Positions 38,315 through 48,448 of a DNA stretch of 64,000 nucleotides are shown here, piece after piece. The translations under genes and the position numbers were made by a program. The notes under the pieces are model-generated. The model did not search any database. It was not told the origin of the DNA and was given only the letters and a program-made list of their open reading frames with translations. How positions within the stretch are numbered: the first letter of the stretch is position 1; each line of letters starts with the position of its first letter. The DNA comes from an uncultured Pseudomonadales bacterium (lineage in GTDB: Bacteria > Patescibacteriota > Microgenomatia > UBA1400 > PJMF01), in assembly GCA_964588685.1 (NCBI GenBank), contig CAZPQG010000003.1:36179-100178 (forward strand), in the 5' to 3' direction.

Positions 38315-39682
38315 GTGATTGATTTTGACGATAAAATACATGATCATTGCGGCATCTTTGGAATTTATGCACCCGATGAAGAAGTTAGTCGACTAACTTA
38401 TTACGGTTTACAGGCGCTGCAGCATCGCGGCCAAGATTCGGCCGGCATTGCTGCTGCTAACCAAGGTCAGCTCGCCATCCATAAAAATATGGGTTTAGTT
38501 GACCAAGTCTTTAGCGAGCATACTATTTCTAAACTGCAAGGACAAGCGGCCATTGGGCATACCCGCTACTCTACTCAAGGCGGTTCAAATTTAGTTAATG
38601 CCCAACCAATTTTATTAACCTCATCCTGTGGAGAATTTGCTTTAGCTCATAACGGCAATTTAACAAATTACGATCAGCTAAAAAAACTTCTATTAAACAA
38701 GGGGCACTGTCTTAATACCAGCACAGATTCTGAGCTTATTGCTCGTTTAATTGCAGAAGCAGATGGCGACTGTTTTAAAGAAAAATTAATTAATGGCATT
38801 CCTCAACTGGAAGGCGCTTTTAGCTTGCTCATTCTAACTGAAGAAAAATTATATGTGATACGCGATCAATGGGGCGTTAGGCCTTTAACCTTAGGACAAA
38901 TTAATGGCAAGGGATGGATCGCTGCTTCCGAAACTACAGCTATTGAATCAATAGGCGGAGAATCTGTTAGGGAAGTTAAGCCGGGAGAAATGCTGACACT
39001 CTCCAACGCAGGCTGCGAGTCTTTCCATCACATTCCAAACAGCAAAACAGGTTTTTGTATTTTTGAGTATGTTTATTTTTCCAGGCCGGACAGTATTATA
39101 AACCAGTGTTTAGTTCACCGCTCCCGAGTTAAGGCAGGACAATTATTAGCTAAAAGCCAACCGGTTAAAGCTGATTATGTCATCGGTGTGCCCGACTCCG
39201 GCACTTCATCTGCTCTGGGCTATAGTCAAGAAAGCAGTATCCCCTTTCAAGAGGGCTTAATTAAAAGCCGCTATGTAGGCAGAACTTTTATTCAACCTGC
39301 TCAACGTATTAGAGATTTAGGGGTTAGATTAAAATTCAGCCCTTTAGGAGAAGTGCTAGAAGGAAAAGATATTGTTTTAGTTGATGATTCTATTGTGAGA
39401 GGCACTACCCTCAAACAGATAATTAAAATGCTTAAGAAAAAAGGCGTGGGGGCAATTCATCTAAGAATTACCAGTCCTCCCTTTAAACATCCTTGTTTTT
39501 TAGGAGTGGATGTCTCCCGCTATAAAGAATTAATCGCTCACGATCATTCAATCAAGGAAATTAAAAAGGAACTGGGGGCAGACAGTTTGGCTTATTTATC
39601 ACTAGCTGATTTAAAAAAGTCAATCGGCAACAACGCTAGCTTCTGCACCGGCTGTTTTAATGACAACTATCCGGTGCGATAA
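38315..39682 (+). CDS. purF: Amidophosphoribosyltransferase with short N-terminal propeptide; apparent GTG start
   Basis: 455 aa; 'HCGIFGIY' Ntn Cys, 'DSIVRGTT' PRPP-binding motif, C-terminal Cys cluster 'FCTGCFND'; frame opens at GTG 38315 with no in-frame ATG. Confidence 0.9.
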   Translation: MIDFDDKIHDHCGIFGIYAPDEEVSRLTYYGLQALQHRGQDSAGIAAANQGQLAIHKNMGLVDQVFSEHTISKLQGQAAIGHTRYSTQGGSNLVNAQPILLTSSCGEFALAHNGNLTNYDQLKKLLLNKGHCLNTSTDSELIARLIAEADGDCFKEKLINGIPQLEGAFSLLILTEEKLYVIRDQWGVRPLTLGQINGKGWIAASETTAIESIGGESVREVKPGEMLTLSNAGCESFHHIPNSKTGFCIFEYVYFSRPDSIINQCLVHRSRVKAGQLLAKSQPVKADYVIGVPDSGTSSALGYSQESSIPFQEGLIKSRYVGRTFIQPAQRIRDLGVRLKFSPLGEVLEGKDIVLVDDSIVRGTTLKQIIKMLKKKGVGAIHLRITSPPFKHPCFLGVDVSRYKELIAHDHSIKEIKKELGADSLAYLSLADLKKSIGNNASFCTGCFNDNYPVR

Positions 39683-39721
39683 AAATTACACAATATAAAT
39701 TTAATTGAAGTATTTCAAGGA

Positions 39722-40117
39722 TTATTCTTGTTGCTCCTTTTTCTGTTTATAATCTGCAATAGCTTTTTTTAAAGCACTCACCGCTAAAACCGAACAATGT
39801 ATTTTAATCGGGGGTAATTCGCCCAATTCTTCCACAATATCTTCATTTTTAATTGAAGCGGCTTCATCTAAAGTTTGTCCTATGGCTAACTCTGTTAACT
39901 TACTACTGGTAGCAATGGCGGCAGCACAGCCAAAGGTCTCAAATTTAATATCTTCAATAATGTTTTGGCCGTCTTTATTTTGCTTAACTTTCAAATATAA
40001 TTTCATGACATCGCCGCAAACGGGATTGCCCACTTCGCCAATCCCGTCAGGCTGATCTATTTTGCCAAAATTACGCGGATGTTGAAAATGGTTAATAACT
40101 TGCTGACTGTAACTCAT
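39722..40117 (-). CDS. iscU: Fe-S cluster assembly scaffold (IscU/NifU N-terminal domain family)
   Basis: 131 aa; 'GNPVCGDVMKLYLKV', 'GCAAAIATSS', 'HCSVLA'. Confidence 0.85.
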   Translation of the reverse strand: MSYSQQVINHFQHPRNFGKIDQPDGIGEVGNPVCGDVMKLYLKVKQNKDGQNIIEDIKFETFGCAAAIATSSKLTELAIGQTLDEAASIKNEDIVEELGELPPIKIHCSVLAVSALKKAIADYKQKKEQQE

Positions 40118-41313
40118 GCTTTAAATGGTGAAATTTTTCTTAATTTAGCTACTACTGTGGGTAATATTTCAATCACTTGGTCAATCTCTTCTTCAGTTGT
40201 CCATCTGCCTAAAGTAATTCGCAGCGAGCCATGAGCTTGCTCAGGTTTCAAGCCCATAGCCAACAGTACACGGCTAGGCTCTAATTTGGGTGACGAACAA
40301 GCTGAACCGGTAGAAACTGCAATGCCGTGTTGGTCTAAACCAACTAGCAACGATTCCCCTTCAATAAAATCAAACCTAAAATTTAAATTGTTGTACAGCC
40401 TCTGCTCCGGGTGGCCGTTTAAATAAGAGTTAGGGACTGACTCTAAAATAGCAGTGCACAGTTTTTTTCTTAATTGACTCACACGCTGTTTTTCCTGTTT
40501 TTGTTGCTGCAAAGCAATTGTCACTGCGTGGCCAAAACCTACAATGCCCGGTACATTTAAAGTCGACGACCTGTAGCCTCTTTCTTGGGATCCGCCCTCA
40601 AGCAAAGGTGTCAGCTCAAGTTCTTCTTTTTTATATAAAAAAGCAATACCTTTAGGCCCGTAAATTTTATGAGCCGAACCAGTTAATAAATCTATATTCA
40701 TCTGATTGACATCGAGATTAATCTTGCCTAAAGTTTGGGCAGCATCAACGTGAAAGGTAACTCCATGTTCTTGGCAAAGTTGACCGACGGCAGCAATAGG
40801 CTGAATAGTACCAATTTCATTGCTGGCATGAATAACTGAGACTAATAAAACAGTCTCATCTATTAAATTTTTTAGCTCATCCAATTTAATTTTGCCGTCA
40901 GCATCGACCGGCAAAATTTCAACTTGAAAACCTTGTTTTGACAAGCGCATGGCGCTTTCATAAACGCAGTCATGCTCAACTGCGGAGATAATAATTTTCT
41001 TAGCAGAATCATCACTTGAAGCCTTATCAGCCCAAGGAGAATGAGCAGCCCAAGCCGTTCCTTTTAACGCCAGATTATTGCTTTCAGTAGCTGAGCTGGT
41101 AAAAATAATCTCCTTAGGTTGAGCGCCAATAGCTTGAGACAAAATTTTACGGGCCGAAGAGACAGCTTGTTCAGCAGCTTGTCCGGCCCAGTGCAAAGAA
41201 GCGGGGTTGCCATAATGGTTTGTAAAATAAGGTGCCATGGCAGCCGTTACAGCCGGATCAACCGGAGTAGTAGCAGCATAATCAAGATAGATTTTTTTAG
41301 ATTTGTCTGACAT
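40114..41313 (-). CDS. iscS: Cysteine desulfurase (NifS/IscS class V aminotransferase)
   Basis: 399 aa; 'SAHKIYGPKGIAFLY' PLP lysine, 'STGSACSS' active Cys loop; 4-nt overlap with iscU. Confidence 0.9.
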   Translation of the reverse strand: MSDKSKKIYLDYAATTPVDPAVTAAMAPYFTNHYGNPASLHWAGQAAEQAVSSARKILSQAIGAQPKEIIFTSSATESNNLALKGTAWAAHSPWADKASSDDSAKKIIISAVEHDCVYESAMRLSKQGFQVEILPVDADGKIKLDELKNLIDETVLLVSVIHASNEIGTIQPIAAVGQLCQEHGVTFHVDAAQTLGKINLDVNQMNIDLLTGSAHKIYGPKGIAFLYKKEELELTPLLEGGSQERGYRSSTLNVPGIVGFGHAVTIALQQQKQEKQRVSQLRKKLCTAILESVPNSYLNGHPEQRLYNNLNFRFDFIEGESLLVGLDQHGIAVSTGSACSSPKLEPSRVLLAMGLKPEQAHGSLRITLGRWTTEEEIDQVIEILPTVVAKLRKISPFKA

Positions 41314-41354
41314 AGAACTTTAATTTGATAATCTTAACTTGCTAATAATGCTGT

Positions 41355-41753
41355 TTAATTAATTAAATTATCCAAAGTAATTTGGTTCATGGTAGTTAAT
41401 AAGGACTGTTCCAGTTTTTTCCAACCTTTTTTAGCTAAACAATGATCTTGGCGGCTGCAATTTTCTTTATTAGCTGTTAAACATTCCAGTTTTAATGATT
41501 TATCTTCCAAGGTATTAATAATATCGCCTAAACTTATTTCATGACTAGGTTTGGCTAATAAAAATCCCCCGTTAACACCTCGTTGTGAGACTAATAAGCC
41601 TGCTTGCTTAAGTTGTTGAATTATTTTTTCTAAAAAAGAATATGGAATTTGTTCAGATTCAGCAATTTGCTTCACAGACACGGTTTCTTTTTCTTGAGCT
41701 AAATAAATCATGGCTCGAAAGCCGTATCTGGTTTTTTGAGTAACTTTGAGCAT
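41355..41753 (-). CDS. iscR: Rrf2-family transcriptional regulator (IscR-like) heading the Fe-S cluster operon
   Basis: 132 aa; N-terminal wHTH 'TRYGFRAMIYLAQ', Cys-containing C-terminal region. Confidence 0.75.
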   Translation of the reverse strand: MLKVTQKTRYGFRAMIYLAQEKETVSVKQIAESEQIPYSFLEKIIQQLKQAGLLVSQRGVNGGFLLAKPSHEISLGDIINTLEDKSLKLECLTANKENCSRQDHCLAKKGWKKLEQSLLTTMNQITLDNLIN

Positions 41754-41995
41754 TATTTTTTAAAAAGATTAACTATGTAGGCAAAAATATAAAATCGCCC
41801 TGATAAATCTAACATCAATATTTAACAGTCATTATAATTCTGACTTAATTAGTCATAATTATAAAGTAATTACTGTTACCTTGCAAAAGCAAAAATTTTT
41901 AAAAAGACAGCTGTCAACACAGTTATTTTTGCAAAAAGACAATACTATATAGTAGAATAAAATTAGAAGCAATTAGTAAGTTAAATTAAAAAAAT

Positions 41996-42607
41996 ATGGA
42001 GAGACAGCCTGAAGAGCGTAAAAAAATTTCGAGAAGGAAATTTTTGAAATTATTTGCCGCTCTTGGTCTTTCTAAATTATTGACCGGGTGTGATGATGAA
42101 AATCCCTGGGGAATGACAGAGGAAGAATTCTCTGCCATTTCAGCGGAAACTGTAAGACGTAGACATGCCGAGGAAACCGCCGAAGCAGCTGAGAATGATC
42201 AAACCCCTGCTGCCGCAGTGAGCCCTTCAATAACAGAAAAATCTCGCCAAGCTGAAGCCAAAGCAGTTAAAAGTGCGGACCGTTTGCGAAAAAAGCTGGA
42301 GGACAAAAGCCTTGCTATTAATAAAGTTGAAATAAAAAAAGGGGAATTCAGTTTTAAAGCTAGTAATAAGGGTAATAATATCAGAGAATTGCCAAGTACT
42401 ATCGCTTCAATAAACGGAACTCATAATGCCGGTGTAATCGTTACCTTTGATAGAATTGCTATCATTACTCTTCCCGGTGAAAATGGCGTTGCAAAGGAAA
42501 AACAAATATGGGGTTATCACCCCCAGCAGCCTGAAGGGTGGTCATGCCTCAAGCAAGAAGACTATGACAGTGGTGAAATTGAAACTCATTTTTCCCCTCT
42601 TAATTAA
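41996..42607 (+). CDS. Hypothetical Tat-signal lipoprotein
   Basis: 203 aa; 'SRRKFLKLFAALGLSKLLTGC' twin-arginine plus lipobox. Confidence 0.45.
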   Translation: MERQPEERKKISRRKFLKLFAALGLSKLLTGCDDENPWGMTEEEFSAISAETVRRRHAEETAEAAENDQTPAAAVSPSITEKSRQAEAKAVKSADRLRKKLEDKSLAINKVEIKKGEFSFKASNKGNNIRELPSTIASINGTHNAGVIVTFDRIAIITLPGENGVAKEKQIWGYHPQQPEGWSCLKQEDYDSGEIETHFSPLN

Positions 42608-42709
42608 AAATTTTCCCATAAACTGCTGGCAAAGTTAGCGATCAATGACTATTGCTATAATTTCGACTTATCTCAACAACAAATTTTTGTCTTCTAGATC
42701 TACTGTCTT

Positions 42710-43135
42710 CTAGATGTCTAAAATATCTAAGCCTGTTTCTTCATCATGCTTTTTTTTAATTTCTGCTCCCAAATCCGTAATTAAAACTTCACAAGTTCCT
42801 GAAACCCTTGCTTCTACCAAATGTCCGGCTAAAACCTGAAAGGAGTCATCAGCTAAAGTGGCGTGAGCATGAATTGCCGGCTCACCTTTTAAAGTTGAAA
42901 TACTACCGGTTAAATTGGTTAACTCTAAAGGTAAATCATATTTTTCTTCAGAGTATTTTTGGTTTTTAACTGAATAATGAGCTAAAGTAGTGCGGTCAAC
43001 AGCTCCAACCCCCATGAAAAAACCGGCCTTAATTTGTTCTTTAGCAGCTAAATCCTGCAAGGACTCGACAATCTTACCTCCCCGATTAATTCTCATGATA
43101 TAGCCATCGTCTCTTTTTTGGTAAACATAGTTCAT
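42710..43135 (-). CDS. PPC-domain (DUF296) protein
   Basis: 141 aa; 'GFFMGVGAVDRTTLAHYS...GHLVEARVSGTCEV' PPC fold pattern. Confidence 0.55.
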   Translation of the reverse strand: MNYVYQKRDDGYIMRINRGGKIVESLQDLAAKEQIKAGFFMGVGAVDRTTLAHYSVKNQKYSEEKYDLPLELTNLTGSISTLKGEPAIHAHATLADDSFQVLAGHLVEARVSGTCEVLITDLGAEIKKKHDEETGLDILDI

Positions 43136-43480
43136 AATTTTTTTAAATATTTTTTAATTTTTGAATAACTAATTTTAGTATAAAAGCCCGTTAACACTCG
43201 TCAACCATCAATCATATAGCCAAATCCTCTCACAATTTTAATTAATTTTATTATTAGTACGTTTTTAATTTATTTTAAAAACTAATTGCTGCCGTAATTT
43301 ATTATCAAATATAAATTTTTCAACTTAGATTGTAGATGCTGTTAAAATATTATTAGTACTGAACAACTCCCTTGGTTAATAAAACTAATGGTGAGATCTA
43401 AGAAAGAAATCGTTTTGAAGTAGTTGCATAAAGAAATTGATACAACGGCTAAATTGCATTATCAACTAATCTAAAATAAT

Positions 43481-43807
43481 ATGATAATAAACGTTACTGG
43501 CAAAAACTTAAAAATTAATGATTATATTCATGATTTAGTGGTAAATAAAGTTGGCAAGCCCTTAGATAAACATCTAGCAAATTTTGATGAAGAAATAAAA
43601 AGCAGTCAACTAATAATTGAGCAGCGATCACGCTGGGGCTATAAATTTAAATTTGATTTAAGATTGCCGAAAAAAGAACATATTTATGCAGAAGCGGTGG
43701 ATGACGAATTAATGACCGGATTAGTAAAATTAAGAGAAAAAGTTGAGCAGCAAATCAAACACTATCGAACAAAATTAATGAAAGCACCAAAGAAAAAGAA
43801 AAAATAA
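43481..43807 (+). CDS. hpf: Ribosome hibernation promoting factor (HPF/RaiA, short form) with Lys tail
   Basis: 108 aa; 'MIINVTGKNLKINDYIHDLVVNKV' HPF N-terminus. Confidence 0.75.
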   Translation: MIINVTGKNLKINDYIHDLVVNKVGKPLDKHLANFDEEIKSSQLIIEQRSRWGYKFKFDLRLPKKEHIYAEAVDDELMTGLVKLREKVEQQIKHYRTKLMKAPKKKKK

Positions 43808-44212
43808 TAACACTGTGGTTAAAAAAGACTTAATAACCATCTCATCAATAATTCGGCAATGCAGTGCAACTCAAACAGTAATCCACACCAATAATTCCTA
43901 TTCAAGACCATCTGTATACAAGAAATACCCATCATAGCAAAAACTATTGTTATGATTAATATTGCTGTCTTTGTTTATATGTTAAATTTGAGGTAGATAG
44001 AGTTGCAATGGTTTCTTTATCATTATGCGCTTAATTTTAATAATTTTAGATTTATCAATTTAATCACTTTTCGATTCCTGCATGGCGGTTTAAATCATCC
44101 GGTTATTAACTTAGAATGAATAACAATTCTTTCTTTAAGTGTTGAAGTTAACTCGAATTTATTACCAGACCCTTAGCAAAATTATTAAACTATTAGCCAA
44201 AAATAACAGCAT

Positions 44213-44839
44213 ATGAATTTTAAAAAACAAAGAACAAAAATGGTTCAAGACCATTTAAAAAAGCGAGATATTATTGATCAAAAAGTTTTGTCTGTTATGA
44301 ACAAAGTTCCGAGAGAAAAATTTGTACCCGAACAATATAAATCTCAAGCATATGCAGACAGTCCACTGCCCATAGGCAAAAATCAAACAATTTCACAGCC
44401 TTATGTCGTAGCTAAAATGATTCAACTGCTGGAACTTAAAGAATCTGATGTGGTACTGGATATTGGCACCGGCTCTGGTTATCAGGCAGCAGTTTTAGCT
44501 GAAATTGTGCAACAAGTTTTTACCATGGAAAGGCTAACTTCTTTAGCAGAAAAAGCTAAAGCCGTTTTAAAAAAACTAGACTATAAAAATATTAAAGTTA
44601 TTGTTGGAGACGGACAGCAAGGATTACCCAAAGAAGCCCCCTTTAACGGCATTAAATCTGCCGCTGCGAGCAGTAAAATTCCTCAAGCCTGGAAAGAACA
44701 ATTAGCTATTGGTGGTAAAATAGTGGCACCTGTTAGGGAAAATTTTGGGCAAAGATTAATTAAAATTACAAGAGAAGATGAAGAAAATTATCATCAAGAA
44801 AAATTAAATAGAGTGGCATTTGTACCATTGATTGATTAA
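44213..44839 (+). CDS. pcm: Protein-L-isoaspartate O-methyltransferase
   Basis: 208 aa; 'VLDIGTGSGYQAAVLA' SAM motif I, 'TISQPYVVAKM'. Confidence 0.85.
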   Translation: MNFKKQRTKMVQDHLKKRDIIDQKVLSVMNKVPREKFVPEQYKSQAYADSPLPIGKNQTISQPYVVAKMIQLLELKESDVVLDIGTGSGYQAAVLAEIVQQVFTMERLTSLAEKAKAVLKKLDYKNIKVIVGDGQQGLPKEAPFNGIKSAAASSKIPQAWKEQLAIGGKIVAPVRENFGQRLIKITREDEENYHQEKLNRVAFVPLID

Positions 44840-44864
44840 ATTGTCTTCCCAGCTAATAATTTAA

Positions 44865-46277
44865 TTATTTAACTAAGATATTTTTAACTCTAGCTGTACC
44901 GGAGCCGGCAGTAAAATATACTTTTAACTTAACGGCATTAACAACTCCTAATTTAGCTGGATTCTTTACCCAGGAACCGCTCCAGTTTTGACCTTTATTG
45001 TGACTCCCCTGCCAAAAGACTGTGTAGTTTTTTAGATTTTGCGCAATGACTACAGCATCATTAATTCTCCTTTTTTTGCTTAGATGTTGAGAAAAAAAAC
45101 CGACCCCTTTTTCATTAGCCGGAATTGTAAACCAGTCATCACGAACAATATGTAAATTTTGTTTAGTTTGCAGACTAAGGTCAGCAGCAATAATTTTTGC
45201 TTTACTCTTACCTAAATGAATGGGCTGCTGCAAATTGAGGTGATATTGCTCAGTATCTTTATTTTTACCCAGCCACCGAGTCATTACCTGCACATTATTT
45301 TTTCCGGCAGCAGCATCAAAATAATAAACTGCCGGCCGGCCTAAAATATAATGTATTTTTGACATATAAAGTAAATCAAAAAATGGCAACCCTTTTTCTT
45401 CCAGCTTGATATAAAATTGGCGCAAAGGAGAGCGCTGAGCCTTACTAGTAGCTTTACCCAGAGTTCGCAGTAAAGTAAAGTTGCTGCCAAGCCAGCCATG
45501 AGCAGTATCAACACAAGCCATGTTGAGAAAATAAGTATTAGGCAAAGTGGGATAATCAAAACCATTAATAAACTTGCCCACTTTTCTCTTATGCCTTACC
45601 CCGCCAATATCTTTTAACTTAGCGCGGTAACGATAATCAATATGTGCATGCCCTGTTAAATGAGCAACTACCTTATACTGCTCAAATAGTTTAAAAAATT
45701 TTTTAGAAATAATCTTCCAAGCTTTAATATCGTTAAAAGACCAATCATTAGATAAAGCTGTTGTACCTCGAGGTAAAGTATGATTTAAAACAAAAATATT
45801 ATGACTTTCTTCATATTTTTGCAATATATCTTCAATAAAAGAAAAAGTTTTGTCAGGTACTGTTGAGGTTAAAATATTATCACTACCCTCCGGATTATGT
45901 TCTTCTGAAATTAGAATAAAAACTAAGTTGCCAATTTTAACTACTTTGGTAGCGGAAGTGCGGTTGAGGAGAGTAAAGTATTCTTGAGCGTAATTATATT
46001 TATGAAAAATAGTATAATCACGATCGTGATTGCCTAATAAATCAACCACCGGGGCTTTAATTCCTTGCAGCCATTTTTGATAACCTAGCCAATCTTTTTT
46101 GGAGCCGCCTGCTGTTAAATCGCCCAAGCCAAAAATCAAATCCGGGTTGATGCTGTTTAATGCTCGCTGTGCTTGCCGCGGAATCCAACGGCTAGGAGCA
46201 CCAAAATCAGTCTGTGATTGTATTTTGTTGCTGCGGATGTGGGGATCGGCAAAAAAAGCGATTCTAGCTTTATTCAT
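44865..46277 (-). CDS. Calcineurin-like metallophosphoesterase with ~150-aa C-terminal domain of unknown function
   Basis: 470 aa; 'GLGDLTAGG', 'LLGNHD', 'LTGHAHID' metallophosphatase motifs. Confidence 0.65.
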   Translation of the reverse strand: MNKARIAFFADPHIRSNKIQSQTDFGAPSRWIPRQAQRALNSINPDLIFGLGDLTAGGSKKDWLGYQKWLQGIKAPVVDLLGNHDRDYTIFHKYNYAQEYFTLLNRTSATKVVKIGNLVFILISEEHNPEGSDNILTSTVPDKTFSFIEDILQKYEESHNIFVLNHTLPRGTTALSNDWSFNDIKAWKIISKKFFKLFEQYKVVAHLTGHAHIDYRYRAKLKDIGGVRHKRKVGKFINGFDYPTLPNTYFLNMACVDTAHGWLGSNFTLLRTLGKATSKAQRSPLRQFYIKLEEKGLPFFDLLYMSKIHYILGRPAVYYFDAAAGKNNVQVMTRWLGKNKDTEQYHLNLQQPIHLGKSKAKIIAADLSLQTKQNLHIVRDDWFTIPANEKGVGFFSQHLSKKRRINDAVVIAQNLKNYTVFWQGSHNKGQNWSGSWVKNPAKLGVVNAVKLKVYFTAGSGTARVKNILVK

Positions 46278-46666
46278 ATTTTGAGCTAATATTTTTTAAA
46301 GCTGATTTTGAATTAATTTTTAACTGCTGTTTAAGCTTCCGTGCTCTACTAACTGTCTTTATAGCTGCTTTGAGTTAAAAAGGTATTTTAGCATAAGACT
46401 GCTGCCTGCAGTCTGAATTAACTTAATAAAAGGTTTAAATATAAAACAAAGCATAAGCTTGCTCCCTCTGATTGAGAGGTATTAAGACCCAAGTCATACC
46501 AAGGAAGATTATGCCTGGAAACTGCTATTCTAATTTATTTCTCCCGCTAAGCGGGCTAAGCTGTGAGTATAATCAAAATAAAAATTGACACTTTATATTC
46601 ATTATTATAGGATAAGCTCAACTTTATTAATTAAAATTAATTTATTAATAAAAAAGTGGTAAATAA

Positions 46667-47242
46667 ATGCCTAAAGAAACTTGGACTAAAGAAAACCAAC
46701 ATAAAAAAGTTAGAAGCTACTTTGATAAAATTGGCCTTTTAATTATTGCATCAATAACATTAACCGCTGCTTATTGCTCAATAGACCAAGAAAATCAAGA
46801 AGAGCTTCCTGATATATTAAAACAACCAGAAGCAACTCACACAGTTATTCCAACACCTTGTCAAGAAGATGGAGTTCGATTAGACTTTTGGAAAAGATCA
46901 ACGCCCACTGAAAAAATCTCTCCTACACCAGAGCAAAAAGAAAAGACAGTAGTAAAAGAAGCAGAGGTTGAAATTGTATATGTGTCACTGCGTTATCCAT
47001 GGGCAAAATCAAAAAATCTACTACCAAAACAAGAACCGTGGCCACCACAAAAAAAAATAAGCGCACTGGAAAAAGCTCGTCACAACGACAACATTATCAG
47101 AGTTATGACAGTAGAAGATCTGGAATCATATCCTAAATTATTTGATCTTTTTAAAGGTGCTGCTACTGATTATCCAATGTCCGTAGAAAGTAAAGAAAGG
47201 CTTCAATCTCTATTAGCGGCCGCCAGGGAAGCTGATAACTAG
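46667..47242 (+). CDS. Hypothetical membrane-anchored protein
   Basis: 191 aa; single N-terminal TM, Pro/Glu-rich. Confidence 0.35.
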   Translation: MPKETWTKENQHKKVRSYFDKIGLLIIASITLTAAYCSIDQENQEELPDILKQPEATHTVIPTPCQEDGVRLDFWKRSTPTEKISPTPEQKEKTVVKEAEVEIVYVSLRYPWAKSKNLLPKQEPWPPQKKISALEKARHNDNIIRVMTVEDLESYPKLFDLFKGAATDYPMSVESKERLQSLLAAAREADN

Positions 47243-47258
47243 GGTTAAAATCTACAAT

Positions 47259-48293
47259 TTAAATCTTCTCCAATTCATAATCACGCGTCCCTAACCCAAT
47301 AGCCTCACTCATGGCTAAAATAGGCTCGTAGTCTACCTCATTCACTGCTGCAAATAAATCTTTGCCTGCTTCCCGGTTAATCCAGTCCAAACTGGCTTGA
47401 TCAGCCGCCACCGGATCGGCCGACACAATAATACCCAAATCTTCAATTAATTTAGGTTTAGTGGAAGAGGCGCAGTCACAAACTTTATTAACATTAATAA
47501 TGTAATTTACGTATAAGCAGGGTTTATCTTTAGTTAAAGCATATGCATAAACTGCTGTTTTTTCCTGGCAAACTGCTACGTCTTTATTTTTCATCTCAAT
47601 TGCCTGTTTGGGACAAACAGTTAAACATTCACCGCAGCCAATACACTTATCATAATCGATCTCTATTTTGTCTTCTTTTAAACTAATAGCTTCAGTGGGG
47701 CAATTTTCAACGCAAGCAGCACACAGTATACATTTTTCTTCATTAACTTCACCGATGGTACTAGCATGTAAAATCTTTTTTCCAGCCGGTGAAGCTCCAC
47801 CCATTCCCAAATTTTTTAAAGCACCTCCAAAACCAAATAAAATATGACCTTTAACGTGAGATAAGCAAAAAATACTGCCTGCTTCTCGAATTTTTTTGCC
47901 TAATTTTATCGGCAAGGAACTATACTGATTATCCAGTTCTTCCAAAGTATATTCATGCTCATCGGCCTCAGAAATTACCACCGGCACACCCAAATCAGCA
48001 AAGCCATGTTTGCGGGCTGTTTCAAGATGATTGTCAGTCTCACTTCTTTGACCGGTATAAAGAGTGTTTGTATCTGTTAAAAATGATTCTTTTTCTTGTT
48101 GAGTTGACCAATCAATAGCCGGCTGTACAATCTCTCCGCGCAAAGCATTTTCATTGCCCGGCTCACCAAAATGGGTTTTAATCGCCACCGGTTCTTTTAA
48201 ACCGGGATTGGCTTGATCCAACAACTCATTGATCTTGCTTGGATTTTGTTGATAATCAGACCACTTGATTTGATAAACAATTGCTTTTTTCAT
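47259..48293 (-). CDS. DUF362-domain protein fused to a 2x[4Fe-4S] ferredoxin domain
   Basis: 344 aa; 'CILCAACVENCP' and 'CIGCGECLTVCP' ferredoxin motifs. Confidence 0.65.
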   Translation of the reverse strand: MKKAIVYQIKWSDYQQNPSKINELLDQANPGLKEPVAIKTHFGEPGNENALRGEIVQPAIDWSTQQEKESFLTDTNTLYTGQRSETDNHLETARKHGFADLGVPVVISEADEHEYTLEELDNQYSSLPIKLGKKIREAGSIFCLSHVKGHILFGFGGALKNLGMGGASPAGKKILHASTIGEVNEEKCILCAACVENCPTEAISLKEDKIEIDYDKCIGCGECLTVCPKQAIEMKNKDVAVCQEKTAVYAYALTKDKPCLYVNYIINVNKVCDCASSTKPKLIEDLGIIVSADPVAADQASLDWINREAGKDLFAAVNEVDYEPILAMSEAIGLGTRDYELEKI

Positions 48294-48448
48294 AAACAGA
48301 TATTTTTCATAATTAGTATTAATATCGCTTAGATTAAACTAAACCTCTTTATTCTAATTGAAAAAATTAAGACAATCTCAGTTAGCACACTTCCTAAAAA
48401 AACAACCGGTTTGTAGTATTGTTGAGATTTATTAAAGAAAATTAAGTG

